Below are positions 27,935 through 37,307 of a DNA stretch of 64,000 nucleotides, one piece after another. Position 1 is the first letter of the stretch, and each line of letters starts with the position of its first letter. Made by a program: the position numbers and the translations under genes. Source of the DNA: an uncultured delta proteobacterium (GTDB lineage Bacteria; Myxococcota_A; Polyangia; Fen-1088); the NCBI GenBank assembly GCA_963796685.1, contig CAWCMR010000015.1, positions 224,001 to 288,000 on the forward strand, in the 5' to 3' direction. The notes below the pieces were generated by a model. The model was not told where the DNA came from, did not search any database, and was given only the letters and a program-made list of their open reading frames with translations.

Positions 27935-30900
27935 AACACCCGCCAAGACAGCCTGCTGGACCGAACCCTCGCGTCCCACCGCCGAGCTTCTGACCAAACT
28001 GCCCGTGGGGCAGCTTTCGGCCAAGGCCGGTGGCGACATCAAAGAGCGCATCACGCTGCTCCGCCGCGAGAAAGTCGGCAAGCCCACCCTCTTCATCGGG
28101 ACCGGGACGTGTGGCCTCGGCGCCGGCGCGGCCAAGACCATGGAAGCGGCCAAGGCCTACCTCGCCGCCAAGAAGCTCGACGCGGACGTCATCGAGGTCG
28201 GCTGCCTCGGTATGTGCTCGGAAGAGCCCATGCTCGACGTGCAGTTGCCGGGCAAGGCGCGGGTCAGCTTCTGCCGCGTGACCGCCGACCGCGTGGCCTC
28301 GCTCCTCGACTCGGCGCTGGCCGGCAAGGTTGAGGGGGACCTCACGCTGGGGCAGTTCCGCAGCAAGACGGCCGAAGCCTGGCCGAATGTGCCTTTCCTC
28401 GACAAGCACCCGTTCTTCGCCCCACAACTGCGCTGGGTGCTCGCCAACTCGGGCATCATCGATCCCGGTAACATCGACGAGTACATCGCGCGCGGCGGTT
28501 ATGCAGCGATGGAAGCTGCCCTGCGCACGAAGAAGCCGGAAGAGGTGGGCGACATCGTCACCAAGGGCGGTCTGCGCGGCCGTGGCGGCGGTGGCTTCCC
28601 GACCGGCGTGAAGTGGAAGTTCGCGCGCGAGACCCAGGCCGACCAGAAGTACCTCATCTGCAACGCCGACGAGGGCGATCCCGGGGCGTTCATGGATCGC
28701 GCGGTGGTCGAGAGCGATCCGCACCGCCTGCTCGAAGGCATGGTCATCGCGGCCTATGCCATCGGCGCCAGCAAGGCGTACATCTACATTCGCGCCGAGT
28801 ATCCGCTGGCCATCAAGCGGCTCAAGGCCGCCATCCCCAAGGCGACCGAGTACGGGCTCCTCGGCAAGAACATCCTGGGCAGCGGTTTCGATCTCGAGAT
28901 CGTGCTCAAGATGGGCGCCGGAGCGTTCGTGTGCGGCGAAGAAACCGCGCTCATGCAGAGCATCGAGGGCAAGCGCGGCATGCCGCGCCCGCGCCCGCCG
29001 TTCCCGGCGGTGTCGGGTCTCTTCGGCAAGCCCACGGTCATCAACAACGTCGAGACCCTGGCCAGCGTGCCGGCCTTGATGGAGATGGGCGGCGATGCCT
29101 TCGCCGCGGTCGGCACCGCCAAGAGCAAGGGCACCAAGGTGTTCGCGCTCTCGGGCAAGGTCAACCGCACCGGCCTGGTCGAGGTGGCCATGGGCACCAC
29201 CATCCGCGAGATCGTCTTCGACATCGGCGGCGGCATCCCCAACGGCAAGAAGTGCAAGGCCGTGCAGATCGGCGGCCCGTCGGGCGGCTGCATCCCCGAG
29301 CCCAAGATGGACATCATCGTCGACTACGACGCCATCAAGACCGTCGGCGCCATCATGGGCTCCGGCGGCCTGGTCGTTCTGGACGAGAACACCTGCATGG
29401 TCGACCTGGCCAAGTTCTTCATGGAGTTCATCGGCAACGAGAGCTGCGGCAAGTGCATCCCCTGCCGGGAGGGCACCAAGCGGATGCTGGAGATCCTGCA
29501 GGCCATCACCCGGCCGCGGCGGCGCGAGAACGGCAGCGATGCCTTGCTGCGCTTCCAGGGCGTGATGCAGCTCAAGCAGCTGGCCGAAACCATCCGCATC
29601 AGCTCGCTGTGCGGCCTTGGCCAGACCGCGCCCAACCCGGTGCTCACCACCCTGCGCTGGTTCCGCGACGAGTACGAGGCGCACATCTTCGACCGCGCCT
29701 GCCCGGCCGGCACGTGCAAAGAGCTGGTCGGCGCTCCCTGCCAGACCGGCTGCCCGGTAGGCACCGAGGTGTGGCGCTATGTCGCGCACATCGCTCGCGG
29801 CGAAACCGAGCTGGCCTACCAGACCATCCGCGACGCCAATCCCTTCCCGTCGGTGTGCGCACGCGTGTGCAGCCACCCCTGCGAGGAGGTCTGTCGCTGC
29901 GGCGCCACGGGCGGCGAGCCCATCGCCGTGCGCGCGCTCAAGCGCTACGTGGTGGATCACATCGACCCCAGCTCGTACACGGTCACCATCAAGCCAGCCA
30001 CCGACAAGTCCAAGAAGGTGGCGGTCATCGGCGCCGGTCCGTCGGGCCTCACCACGGCCCACTACCTGTCGCAGAAGGGGCACAAGGTCACCGTGTTCGA
30101 GAAGGAAAACGAACCCGGCGGCATGCTCTTCAACGGCATTCCGGCGTACCGCCTTCCGCGCGAGGTCGTGCGCAAGGAGATCGCGTCGCTGCTCAACGCG
30201 AACATCGAGCTCAAGTGCAACATCGCGCTGGGTAAGGACGTGACGGTCGACGGACTCATGGCCAGCGGTTTCGACGCTGTCTACGTTTCCATCGGCGCGT
30301 ACAAGAGCCAGCGTCTTGGCATCGACGGCGAAGACGTGGCCGGCGTGATTCCGGGCATGGCCTTCCTCAAGGCCAATAACCTGCGCGACGAGAAGCTGGC
30401 CAAGGGCAACGTGGGCATCATCGGCGGCGGCAACACCGCCATGGATGCGGCCCGCGTGGCTTTGCGCCAGCCCGGCGTCAAGAAGGTCACCATCCTCTAT
30501 CGCCGCACGCGCGACGAGATGCCCGCCTTCGCCGAGGAGGTTCACGCCGCACTCGAAGAGGGCATCGAGCTCAAGGAGCTGGTCGCTCCGGTCTCGGTGT
30601 TGTCCAAGGACGGCAAGCTCACCGGCATGCACATGATTCGTAACGAGCTCGGCGCGCAGGACGCCAGCGGCCGGCCGCGACCGGTGCCGGTCAAGGGCAG
30701 CGAATTCGAGCTCGCTCTCGATACGCTGATCGTGGCCATCAGCGAGCAGCCGGAGGCCGAAAGCTTCCAAGGACTGCGCACCACCAAGTGGGGCACCATC
30801 GAAAACAACCCGGAGTCGTTGGCGGCCGGCAAGCCCGGCGTGTTCAGCGGTGGCGACGTGGCGCGCGGACCGACCGGCGTCATCGAGGCCATCGCCGACG

Positions 30901-31181
30901 GCAAGCGCGCGGCGTTGATGATCGACCGCTACCTCACCGGACGGCAGATGAAGATGATCAAGAAGGTGAAGTTGCCTTCGATCTACATCGAGCCGCTCCT
31001 GGACGCCGAGGACGACGAGGAATCCGAATCCGTCGCGGTCCGCGCGGTCGAAGAGATGGTGCCCGCCGCCAAGCGGCGCACGAGCTTCGTCGAAGTCGAA
31101 ATGGGTCTGTCGCTGCAGGCGGCGACGGATGAAGCAAGAAGGTGCCTGCGCTGTGACCTGGACTTCACCCGACCCCTTTGA
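27921..31181 (+). CDS. hydB: HydB/NuoF-like FMN subunit fused to a GltD/NfnB-like FAD/NADPH oxidoreductase module
   Basis: GLRGRGGGGFPTG, NADEGDPGAFMD, GGPSGG, SCGKCIPC..C; then PCQTGCP, CARVC..PCE..C, GAGPSG, GGGNTAMD..R, YRR, GGD, EARRCLRC. Confidence 0.9.
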   Translation: MPVLETPAKTACWTEPSRPTAELLTKLPVGQLSAKAGGDIKERITLLRREKVGKPTLFIGTGTCGLGAGAAKTMEAAKAYLAAKKLDADVIEVGCLGMCSEEPMLDVQLPGKARVSFCRVTADRVASLLDSALAGKVEGDLTLGQFRSKTAEAWPNVPFLDKHPFFAPQLRWVLANSGIIDPGNIDEYIARGGYAAMEAALRTKKPEEVGDIVTKGGLRGRGGGGFPTGVKWKFARETQADQKYLICNADEGDPGAFMDRAVVESDPHRLLEGMVIAAYAIGASKAYIYIRAEYPLAIKRLKAAIPKATEYGLLGKNILGSGFDLEIVLKMGAGAFVCGEETALMQSIEGKRGMPRPRPPFPAVSGLFGKPTVINNVETLASVPALMEMGGDAFAAVGTAKSKGTKVFALSGKVNRTGLVEVAMGTTIREIVFDIGGGIPNGKKCKAVQIGGPSGGCIPEPKMDIIVDYDAIKTVGAIMGSGGLVVLDENTCMVDLAKFFMEFIGNESCGKCIPCREGTKRMLEILQAITRPRRRENGSDALLRFQGVMQLKQLAETIRISSLCGLGQTAPNPVLTTLRWFRDEYEAHIFDRACPAGTCKELVGAPCQTGCPVGTEVWRYVAHIARGETELAYQTIRDANPFPSVCARVCSHPCEEVCRCGATGGEPIAVRALKRYVVDHIDPSSYTVTIKPATDKSKKVAVIGAGPSGLTTAHYLSQKGHKVTVFEKENEPGGMLFNGIPAYRLPREVVRKEIASLLNANIELKCNIALGKDVTVDGLMASGFDAVYVSIGAYKSQRLGIDGEDVAGVIPGMAFLKANNLRDEKLAKGNVGIIGGGNTAMDAARVALRQPGVKKVTILYRRTRDEMPAFAEEVHAALEEGIELKELVAPVSVLSKDGKLTGMHMIRNELGAQDASGRPRPVPVKGSEFELALDTLIVAISEQPEAESFQGLRTTKWGTIENNPESLAAGKPGVFSGGDVARGPTGVIEAIADGKRAALMIDRYLTGRQMKMIKKVKLPSIYIEPLLDAEDDEESESVAVRAVEEMVPAAKRRTSFVEVEMGLSLQAATDEARRCLRCDLDFTRPL

Positions 31182-31209
31182 TGGTCGCGGCTTTTAGAAA
31201 GAAACAAAC

Positions 31210-32931
31210 ATGCTGACCATCGAAATCAACGGAAAGAAACTGGAAGCCAACAAGGGCGAGACCATCTTGGCGGTCGCGCGCAGAAGCGGCATCGAGATAC
31301 CGACCCTGTGCCATATGGAAGGCCTCATGCCGAGCGGCTCGTGCCGCATGTGCGTGGTCGACGTCGAGGGCTTCCCCAATCTGCTCACCGCGTGCTCGTA
31401 CCCGGTGGCCGACGGGATGAAGGTGAAGACCCATTCGCCCAGAGCCCTCGAAACCCGCCGGACGATCGTGCAGCTCCTCCTGGCCAATCACCCGGACGAC
31501 TGCCTCTACTGCGCGCGCAGCTCGAACTGCGACTTGCAGGGGCTGGCGCGCGACCTCGGCGTCTCGCGCCGCGAGTACCACGGGTTCCGTGCCAAGAAGA
31601 GCCTGGACGTGTCGGGGGCCTCGCTGGTGCGCGATCCGGAGAAGTGCATCCTGTGCGGCAAGTGCGTGCGGGTGTGCGAGGAGATCCAGTCGGTGTCGGC
31701 CATCGACTTCGTGGGCCGCGGCAGCAAGACGGTGATCGGAACCGCGTTCTCGCGCGGGCTGGCCACTTCGAGCTGCATCAATTGCGGTCAGTGCGTGGTG
31801 GTGTGCCCGACCGGCGCGCTGGTCGAGCGATCCTATGTCACCGAGGTTCTGGGCGCCTTGCGCGACCCGGACAAGTTCGTGGTCGTGCAACACGCGCCCG
31901 CCGTGTCGGTCACCCTGGCCGAAGAGTTCGGCGTGCCGCCGGGAACGGATTGCGACGGCCAGATGGTGGCCGCCCTTCGCCGCGCCGGGTTCAAGCGGGT
32001 GTTCGACACCAGCTTCAGCGCCGACCTCACCATCATGGAGGAGGCCTCCGAGTTGGTGCACCGGATCAAGACCGGCGGAAAGCTGCCGATGTTCACCAGT
32101 TGTTCGCCAGGCTGGATCAAGTTCATGGAGACGTTCTACCCGGACATGCTCGGGCACTTGTCGACGTGCAAGAGCCCGCAGCAGATGCTGGGGGCCATCA
32201 CCAAGAGCTACTTCGCTCAGCGCGAAGGCATCGATCCGACCAAGATCGTCAGCGTGTCCATCATGCCGTGCACGGCCAAGAAGTTCGAGGCGGGCCGGCC
32301 CGAGATGACCCAGGCCTACAACCCCGATGTGGACTACGTCCTCACCACGCGCGAGGCGGCTCAGCTTCTGCGCATGAGCGGCGTGGGCATGACCGGCATC
32401 GAACCGGAATCGGCCGACACGCCCTTCGGCGAGCGCTCGACGGCGGGCAAGATCTTCGGCGCCTCGGGTGGCGTGATGGAGGCGGCGGTTCGCACGGCGC
32501 ACTGGATGATCACGGGCAAAGAGTTGCCCGGTCTCGACGTCCAGCCGCTGCGCGGGCTCGATGGCGCCAAGGAGCTGAAGGCCAACATCGGCGGCATCGA
32601 GGTCGGCGCCGCGGTGGTCAGCGGTCTCGGCAACGCACGCGCCCTGGTCGAGCAGATCCGCGCGGGTCGCAAAGACCTTCACTTCATCGAGGTCATGACC
32701 TGTCCCGGCGGCTGCATCAACGGCGGCGGTCAGCCGCTGCACTCCGACAAACAGGCGGTCCTCGCGCGCATGAAGAAGCTGTACAACCTGGACAAGGACG
32801 CCACCTTGCGCGTCAGCCACGACAACAAGTCGGTCAAGCGCCTGTACGAGGAATTCCTGGGTGCGCCCCTCGGTGAAAAGAGCCACCATCTGCTGCACAC
32901 GCATTACTCGGCGAGAGAGGTCTTGGTGTAA
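31210..32931 (+). CDS. hydA: [FeFe]-hydrogenase catalytic subunit (group A, multimeric type)
   Basis: H-cluster motifs TSCSPGW, MPCTAKKFE and EVMTCPGGCINGGG; N-terminal [2Fe-2S], His-ligated [4Fe-4S] (HPDDCLYC) and 2x[4Fe-4S]; C-terminal LLHTHY. Confidence 0.95.
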   Translation: MLTIEINGKKLEANKGETILAVARRSGIEIPTLCHMEGLMPSGSCRMCVVDVEGFPNLLTACSYPVADGMKVKTHSPRALETRRTIVQLLLANHPDDCLYCARSSNCDLQGLARDLGVSRREYHGFRAKKSLDVSGASLVRDPEKCILCGKCVRVCEEIQSVSAIDFVGRGSKTVIGTAFSRGLATSSCINCGQCVVVCPTGALVERSYVTEVLGALRDPDKFVVVQHAPAVSVTLAEEFGVPPGTDCDGQMVAALRRAGFKRVFDTSFSADLTIMEEASELVHRIKTGGKLPMFTSCSPGWIKFMETFYPDMLGHLSTCKSPQQMLGAITKSYFAQREGIDPTKIVSVSIMPCTAKKFEAGRPEMTQAYNPDVDYVLTTREAAQLLRMSGVGMTGIEPESADTPFGERSTAGKIFGASGGVMEAAVRTAHWMITGKELPGLDVQPLRGLDGAKELKANIGGIEVGAAVVSGLGNARALVEQIRAGRKDLHFIEVMTCPGGCINGGGQPLHSDKQAVLARMKKLYNLDKDATLRVSHDNKSVKRLYEEFLGAPLGEKSHHLLHTHYSAREVLV

Positions 32932-32933
32932 CC

Positions 32934-33350
32934 ATGAGCGAAACAAAGACGATCCTGATTGTTGACGACGACCTCGACATCCTCGAGCAATACACCCTGC
33001 TCCTCAAGGCGGACGGCCACACGGTCGTGCAAGCCAGCAGCCTGGCCGAGGCCGAGGAGACCATCCTGACGGTTCGCCCCGATCTGGCCATCTTGGACCT
33101 GATGATGGACGAAAAGGACGCGGGCTTCGTGCTGTGCAACCAGCTCAAGCGCTTGTATGCCAACCTGCCGGTCATCATCGTGTCCAACGTCACGCCCATC
33201 ACCGGGCTCGACTTCAGGCCGCGCAACCAGGAAGAGCACTCATGGGTGCGCGCGGATGCGATTCTGAACAAGCCCATCGTCGCCGAGCGTTTGCGCGGCG
33301 AAATTGCCCGGCTGCTCAATCAAGGGCAGGCCGCGGCTGCCGTACACTAG
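32934..33350 (+). CDS. Stand-alone response regulator receiver protein
   Basis: ILIVDDD, ILDLMM (phosphoacceptor Asp), IIVS, NKP; no output domain. Confidence 0.9.
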   Translation: MSETKTILIVDDDLDILEQYTLLLKADGHTVVQASSLAEAEETILTVRPDLAILDLMMDEKDAGFVLCNQLKRLYANLPVIIVSNVTPITGLDFRPRNQEEHSWVRADAILNKPIVAERLRGEIARLLNQGQAAAAVH

Positions 33351-33405
33351 GGCGTGGAGAAAGCACGGCGGGTGAAGTAACCGGCATGCAAAGATGGGAG
33401 CTTCC

Positions 33406-35451
33406 ATGACCATCGCGCAGCCGAAGTGCTTCACCAAGACCGTGAAAGATCGCTGCCACGTCTGCTACACCTGCGTACGCGGTTGCCCGGCCAAGGCCAT
33501 CCGGATCCTGGACCGCCAGGCCGAGATCGTCGCCGATCGCTGCATCGGCTGCGGCAACTGCGTGCGGGTGTGCGGGCGGGGCGCCAAGAAGGTCGTCAAC
33601 ACTGTTCCCGACGTCGAAACCCTGCTCGCCGGGGGCGGGCGTGTGGCGGCCCTGGTGGCCCCCAGCTTCGCGGCCGAGTTCTACGATGTGTGCGAGGCGC
33701 AGAATCCCCAGGTGCTGGTGGGGATGCTGCGCAAGCTCGGCTTCGATCTCGTGACGGAAGTGGCGTTCGGCGCCGACCTGGTCGCGCATGCCTACCGCAA
33801 GCTCCTCGATTCGCGTCCAGCCGGGACGCGCTACATCGCCACCACGTGCCCCGCGGTGGTCGGCTACGTCGAGCGCTACTGGCCCGAGCTGGTTGGCCAT
33901 TTGGCGCCGCTGGTGTCCCCCATGGTGGCCATGGCGCGCGTCCTGCGTGCCATGCATGGGCCGGATCTGCGCACGGTCTTCATCGGGCCTTGCCTGGCCA
34001 AGAAGGTCGAGGCCAGCATGCCCGAGCTCGCTGGCGAGGTGGACGCCGTGATCACCTTCGCCGAGTTGCGCACCATGTTCCTGTCCCATGCCGTGGAGGC
34101 GGCCTCGACGCCGGGAAGCGATTTCGATCCGCCTCACGCCGGGACCGGCACCTTGTTCCCGCTCAACCGCGGGCTGTTCCAGGCCGCCGGCATCAGCGAG
34201 GATTTGGCCAGCACCGAGGCCGTGGCGGCCCACGGCGGGCCAGGGTCGTTCGTGAACGCCATCGAGGAGTTCGCGGGTGGCGACGTCGACTTCGGCCTGG
34301 TCGAGGTGCTGTGCTGCAACGGCTGCGTGTCGGGGCCGGGCATGACCTCGCACGAGAAGACCTTCCGCCGCCGTGCCCGGGTGGCCAAGTACGCCAACGA
34401 GAGCAAACGCACGCGCGACGCGACCAAGTGGTACGACGAGATGGATCGATTTTCCACCGTCGACCTCGCGCGCAAGTTCATTCCCTTCGATCAGCGCACC
34501 GCCATGCCGTCCGAGGAGGAAATTCGCCACATCCTGCGCGGCATGGGCAAGGAGAGCGAGGCCGACGAGCTCGACTGCAAGGCGTGCGGGTATTCGACCT
34601 GCCGCGAGCACGCCATCGCGATCTATCGCGGACTGGCCGAAACGCAGATGTGCCTGCCTTACGTCATCGATCGCTTCGACCACACCGTACGCCAGCTCTC
34701 CGAATCGAACCGACAGCTCGAAACCACGCAAGAGCAGCTCATGCACTCGGAGCGCCTGGCCAGCATGGGGCAGCTCGCCGCCGGCGTGGCCCACGAGCTC
34801 AACAATCCGCTCGGCGTGGTGTTGCTCTACGCGCACCTCTTGCGTGACGAGGCGAGCGAGGACTCGGGCATGCGCAAGGAGCTGACCTTGATCAGCGATC
34901 AGGCCACGCGGTGCAAGCGCATCGTGTCGGATCTGCTCGACTTCGCGCGCGAGAACAAGCTGCTGCTCGAACAGATCAGCGTCGAAGAGCTGATCAAGCG
35001 CAGTCTGGCCGGCCTGCCGTTGCCGCAGGAGATCAACATCGTCCTCGAGCTGGGCCACGTCCACCCCGAGTGCGAGGTCGATCCCGCGCAGATGATCCAG
35101 GTGCTGACCAACCTCTACAGCAATGCCTTTGCCGCCATGCCGAACGGCGGTACTCTGACCATCGCCACGCACGAGGAGGGCGAGCGCCTGATCATCAGCG
35201 TGCACGATACGGGCACGGGCATTCCGGCCGAGAACATGAAGCACATCTTCCAGCCCTTCTTCACCACCAAGCAAATCGGCAAGGGCACGGGGCTTGGCCT
35301 GGCGGTGGTATACGGAATCGTGAAAATGCACCGGGGCGACATCGTGCTCGAATCCAATGCCGATGCGGCGCGCGGTCCCACCTGGACCCGTTTCAAGGTG
35401 TCGATTCCGCACAATCAGGTCATGCAGGGCGCCGAGACGAGGATTGGCTGA
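33406..35451 (+). CDS. Sensory [FeFe]-hydrogenase-like domain fused to a histidine kinase (group C type)
   Basis: 2x[4Fe-4S] (CHVCYTC...CP, CIGCGNC); variant H-cluster motifs TTCPAV, GPCLAKK and EVLCCNGC..GPG; FeS motif DCKACGYSTC; HisKA AHELNNPL; HATPase N/G1/F/G2 boxes. Confidence 0.9.
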   Translation: MTIAQPKCFTKTVKDRCHVCYTCVRGCPAKAIRILDRQAEIVADRCIGCGNCVRVCGRGAKKVVNTVPDVETLLAGGGRVAALVAPSFAAEFYDVCEAQNPQVLVGMLRKLGFDLVTEVAFGADLVAHAYRKLLDSRPAGTRYIATTCPAVVGYVERYWPELVGHLAPLVSPMVAMARVLRAMHGPDLRTVFIGPCLAKKVEASMPELAGEVDAVITFAELRTMFLSHAVEAASTPGSDFDPPHAGTGTLFPLNRGLFQAAGISEDLASTEAVAAHGGPGSFVNAIEEFAGGDVDFGLVEVLCCNGCVSGPGMTSHEKTFRRRARVAKYANESKRTRDATKWYDEMDRFSTVDLARKFIPFDQRTAMPSEEEIRHILRGMGKESEADELDCKACGYSTCREHAIAIYRGLAETQMCLPYVIDRFDHTVRQLSESNRQLETTQEQLMHSERLASMGQLAAGVAHELNNPLGVVLLYAHLLRDEASEDSGMRKELTLISDQATRCKRIVSDLLDFARENKLLLEQISVEELIKRSLAGLPLPQEINIVLELGHVHPECEVDPAQMIQVLTNLYSNAFAAMPNGGTLTIATHEEGERLIISVHDTGTGIPAENMKHIFQPFFTTKQIGKGTGLGLAVVYGIVKMHRGDIVLESNADAARGPTWTRFKVSIPHNQVMQGAETRIG

Positions 35452-36614
35452 TGGGAGAGCGACTACGGGTTCTGGTTGTCGATGACGAAGAGGGTATTCG
35501 TCTCGGCGTGGCTAGGGTTCTCGAACGCTTCGTCGCCAGCTTTCCCGACATCGCGGCCGAGATCAGCTACGACATCGAGTCCGCAGCAAGCGGCGAGGAC
35601 GCGGTGGAACGCCTGCGCGATTCGCCGCCCGACATCCTGCTGCTCGATCTGAAATTGCCGGGCATCGGCGGCCTCGACGTCCTGCGCGAGGCGCGCAATC
35701 TGGAGCCACCCGTCCTGACCATCATGATCACGGCCTACGCCTCGGTGACCACCGCGGTCGAGGCGACGCGCGGCGGGACTTTCGATTTTCTGCCCAAGCC
35801 GTTCACGCCGAACGAAATCAAGGCTTGCGTCCGCCGCGCCACACGCGACCTGGTCTTGAGTCGGCAGGCGAAAAAATTGGCGGCCGAGCAGCGACGCACG
35901 CGCTTCGAGCTCATCCGGGTCCTGGTGCACGAGCTGAAGGCGCCGCTCGGCGCCGTCGAGGGCTATTTGGCCTCGATTCTGGATGGCGTGGTCAACGACG
36001 AGGAGACGCGTCGCCATGTGGTGACCCGATCCATCGCGCGCATCCAGGGCATGCGCCAGCTCATCCTCGACCTGCTCGACGTGACCCGCCTGGAGGCCGG
36101 GATGAAGGCGCGCGATTTCTCGACCGTGTCGCTGACCGACCTGGCGCGCGAGTGCGTGGATGCCCTGCGCCCGCAGGCCGAGGCCAAGCATCTGACCTTG
36201 GAGATCGTCGGTGCCCCCGATCTCGAGCTGGTCGCCGTGCGCGCCGAGCTGGAAATCGTGCTCAACAACCTGCTGACCAACGCCATCAAATACAACCGCG
36301 AGGGCGGCAGCGTGCGCGTGTCGCTGGGGCGGCACGAGGATGTCTTCGTGATCGCCGTGCACGACACCGGCTTCGGGCTTTCGCGCGACGACGCTGCCAA
36401 GCTGTTCAACGACTTCGTGCGCATCAAGAACGTGAAGACCCGCGGCATCGAGGGCTCGGGCCTCGGCCTGGCGACCGTCAAGCGCATCGCGGGCCTGTAC
36501 CACGGCGACGCCACGGTAGACTCGCAGCTCGACCAAGGAAGCACTTTCACCGTCACCCTCAAGGCAGCTGTGCCCGCAAAGGCACTGCTGCCGGAAAAGC
36601 AAGCGCAAGCATGA
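35451..36614 (+). CDS. Hybrid response regulator / sensor histidine kinase (REC-HisKA-HATPase)
   Basis: VLVVDDE, LLDLKLP, ITAY, PKPF; VHELKAPL, NLLTNAIKY, DTG.G, GSGLGL. Confidence 0.92.
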   Translation: MGERLRVLVVDDEEGIRLGVARVLERFVASFPDIAAEISYDIESAASGEDAVERLRDSPPDILLLDLKLPGIGGLDVLREARNLEPPVLTIMITAYASVTTAVEATRGGTFDFLPKPFTPNEIKACVRRATRDLVLSRQAKKLAAEQRRTRFELIRVLVHELKAPLGAVEGYLASILDGVVNDEETRRHVVTRSIARIQGMRQLILDLLDVTRLEAGMKARDFSTVSLTDLARECVDALRPQAEAKHLTLEIVGAPDLELVAVRAELEIVLNNLLTNAIKYNREGGSVRVSLGRHEDVFVIAVHDTGFGLSRDDAAKLFNDFVRIKNVKTRGIEGSGLGLATVKRIAGLYHGDATVDSQLDQGSTFTVTLKAAVPAKALLPEKQAQA

Positions 36615-36874
36615 AAGATCACCGCATCGTAGGTGTCCACATCACCGACCGCGCCACCCACGCCGGCGAGGTCCAAACCATCCTGAGCAAATATGGCAAG
36701 AACATCCGCACCCGGCTCGGCCTGCACGAGGTCAGCGAGGACTCGGCAGCGCCGAATGGCCTCATCATCCTGGAAGCCGTGGGAACCAACCAGGAAATCG
36801 ACGCCCTCTCCGACGAGCTGCGCCACCTCAAAGGCGTGCAAGTGCAGAGCATGTTTTTTTCACATCCTGAGTAG
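36611..36874 (+). CDS. TM1266-like iron-only hydrogenase system protein
   Basis: I.G..I.DR......VQ.ILS.YG..IRTRLGLH...GLI.LE; about 87 aa, located next to hydG. Confidence 0.8.
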   Translation: MKDHRIVGVHITDRATHAGEVQTILSKYGKNIRTRLGLHEVSEDSAAPNGLIILEAVGTNQEIDALSDELRHLKGVQVQSMFFSHPE

Positions 36875-36877
36875 ATT

Positions 36878-36981
36878 TTTCACCACAGAGGGCACAGAGA
36901 GCGCGGAGGTCGGAATGGAAGAATTTCGGATTCAAGAGCCGAAAGCCTCCTACTCTCGGCCTCGGTGCCTTTGCGGTGAAA
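36878..36981. repeat. REP-like palindromic element, copy 1
   Basis: TTTCACCACAGAGGGCACAGAG... pairs imperfectly with ...CTCGGTGCCTTTGCGGTGAAA. Confidence 0.7.
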
Positions 36982-37062
36982 TTCACGAGAACATTCGCCT
37001 AGAGCACCATGGGATTGCCTGGCGCTGCCGGGCCGCCGTGCAGAACGCATACAAGCCATTTT

Positions 37063-37170
37063 TTAACCACAGAGAACACAGAGGTCCGGAGAGTGAAGGG
37101 TTTTCCGGATCTCGATCCGAACCCTTCATTCCTCATCCGTCTCCGTGTTCTCTGTGTCCTCTGTGGTTAG
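37063..37170. repeat. REP-like palindromic element, copy 2
   Basis: TAACCACAGAGAACACAGAG... pairs with ...CTCTGTGTCCTCTGTGGTTA; internal TGAAGGGTT/AACCCTTCA stem. Confidence 0.75.
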
Positions 37171-37307
37171 AATCCGGAAATTGCCCGGGTTTCAACCCGT
37201 TCGGTGCTCTAGTGTCCCTGCCTTGCGAGGAACTCCAGGTCCTCGCGGTAAACCTGGCAGGGCAATGCAGTCTGCGCTAGTCTATCGAGGAAAGAAAGGA
37301 TTTTTCG

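Noticed and set aside
27888-30770. 960-aa minus-strand ORF and similar long antisense ORFs (21190-23001, 22863-24899, 33316-35412, 42032-44677, 61869-63992)
   Set aside because: These are shadow ORFs opposite well-supported genes, expected in high-GC DNA; they carry no family motifs.
27440-32931. Respiratory complex I nuoEFG
   Set aside because: The third gene has H-cluster motifs, hydG is adjacent and no membrane nuo genes are present.
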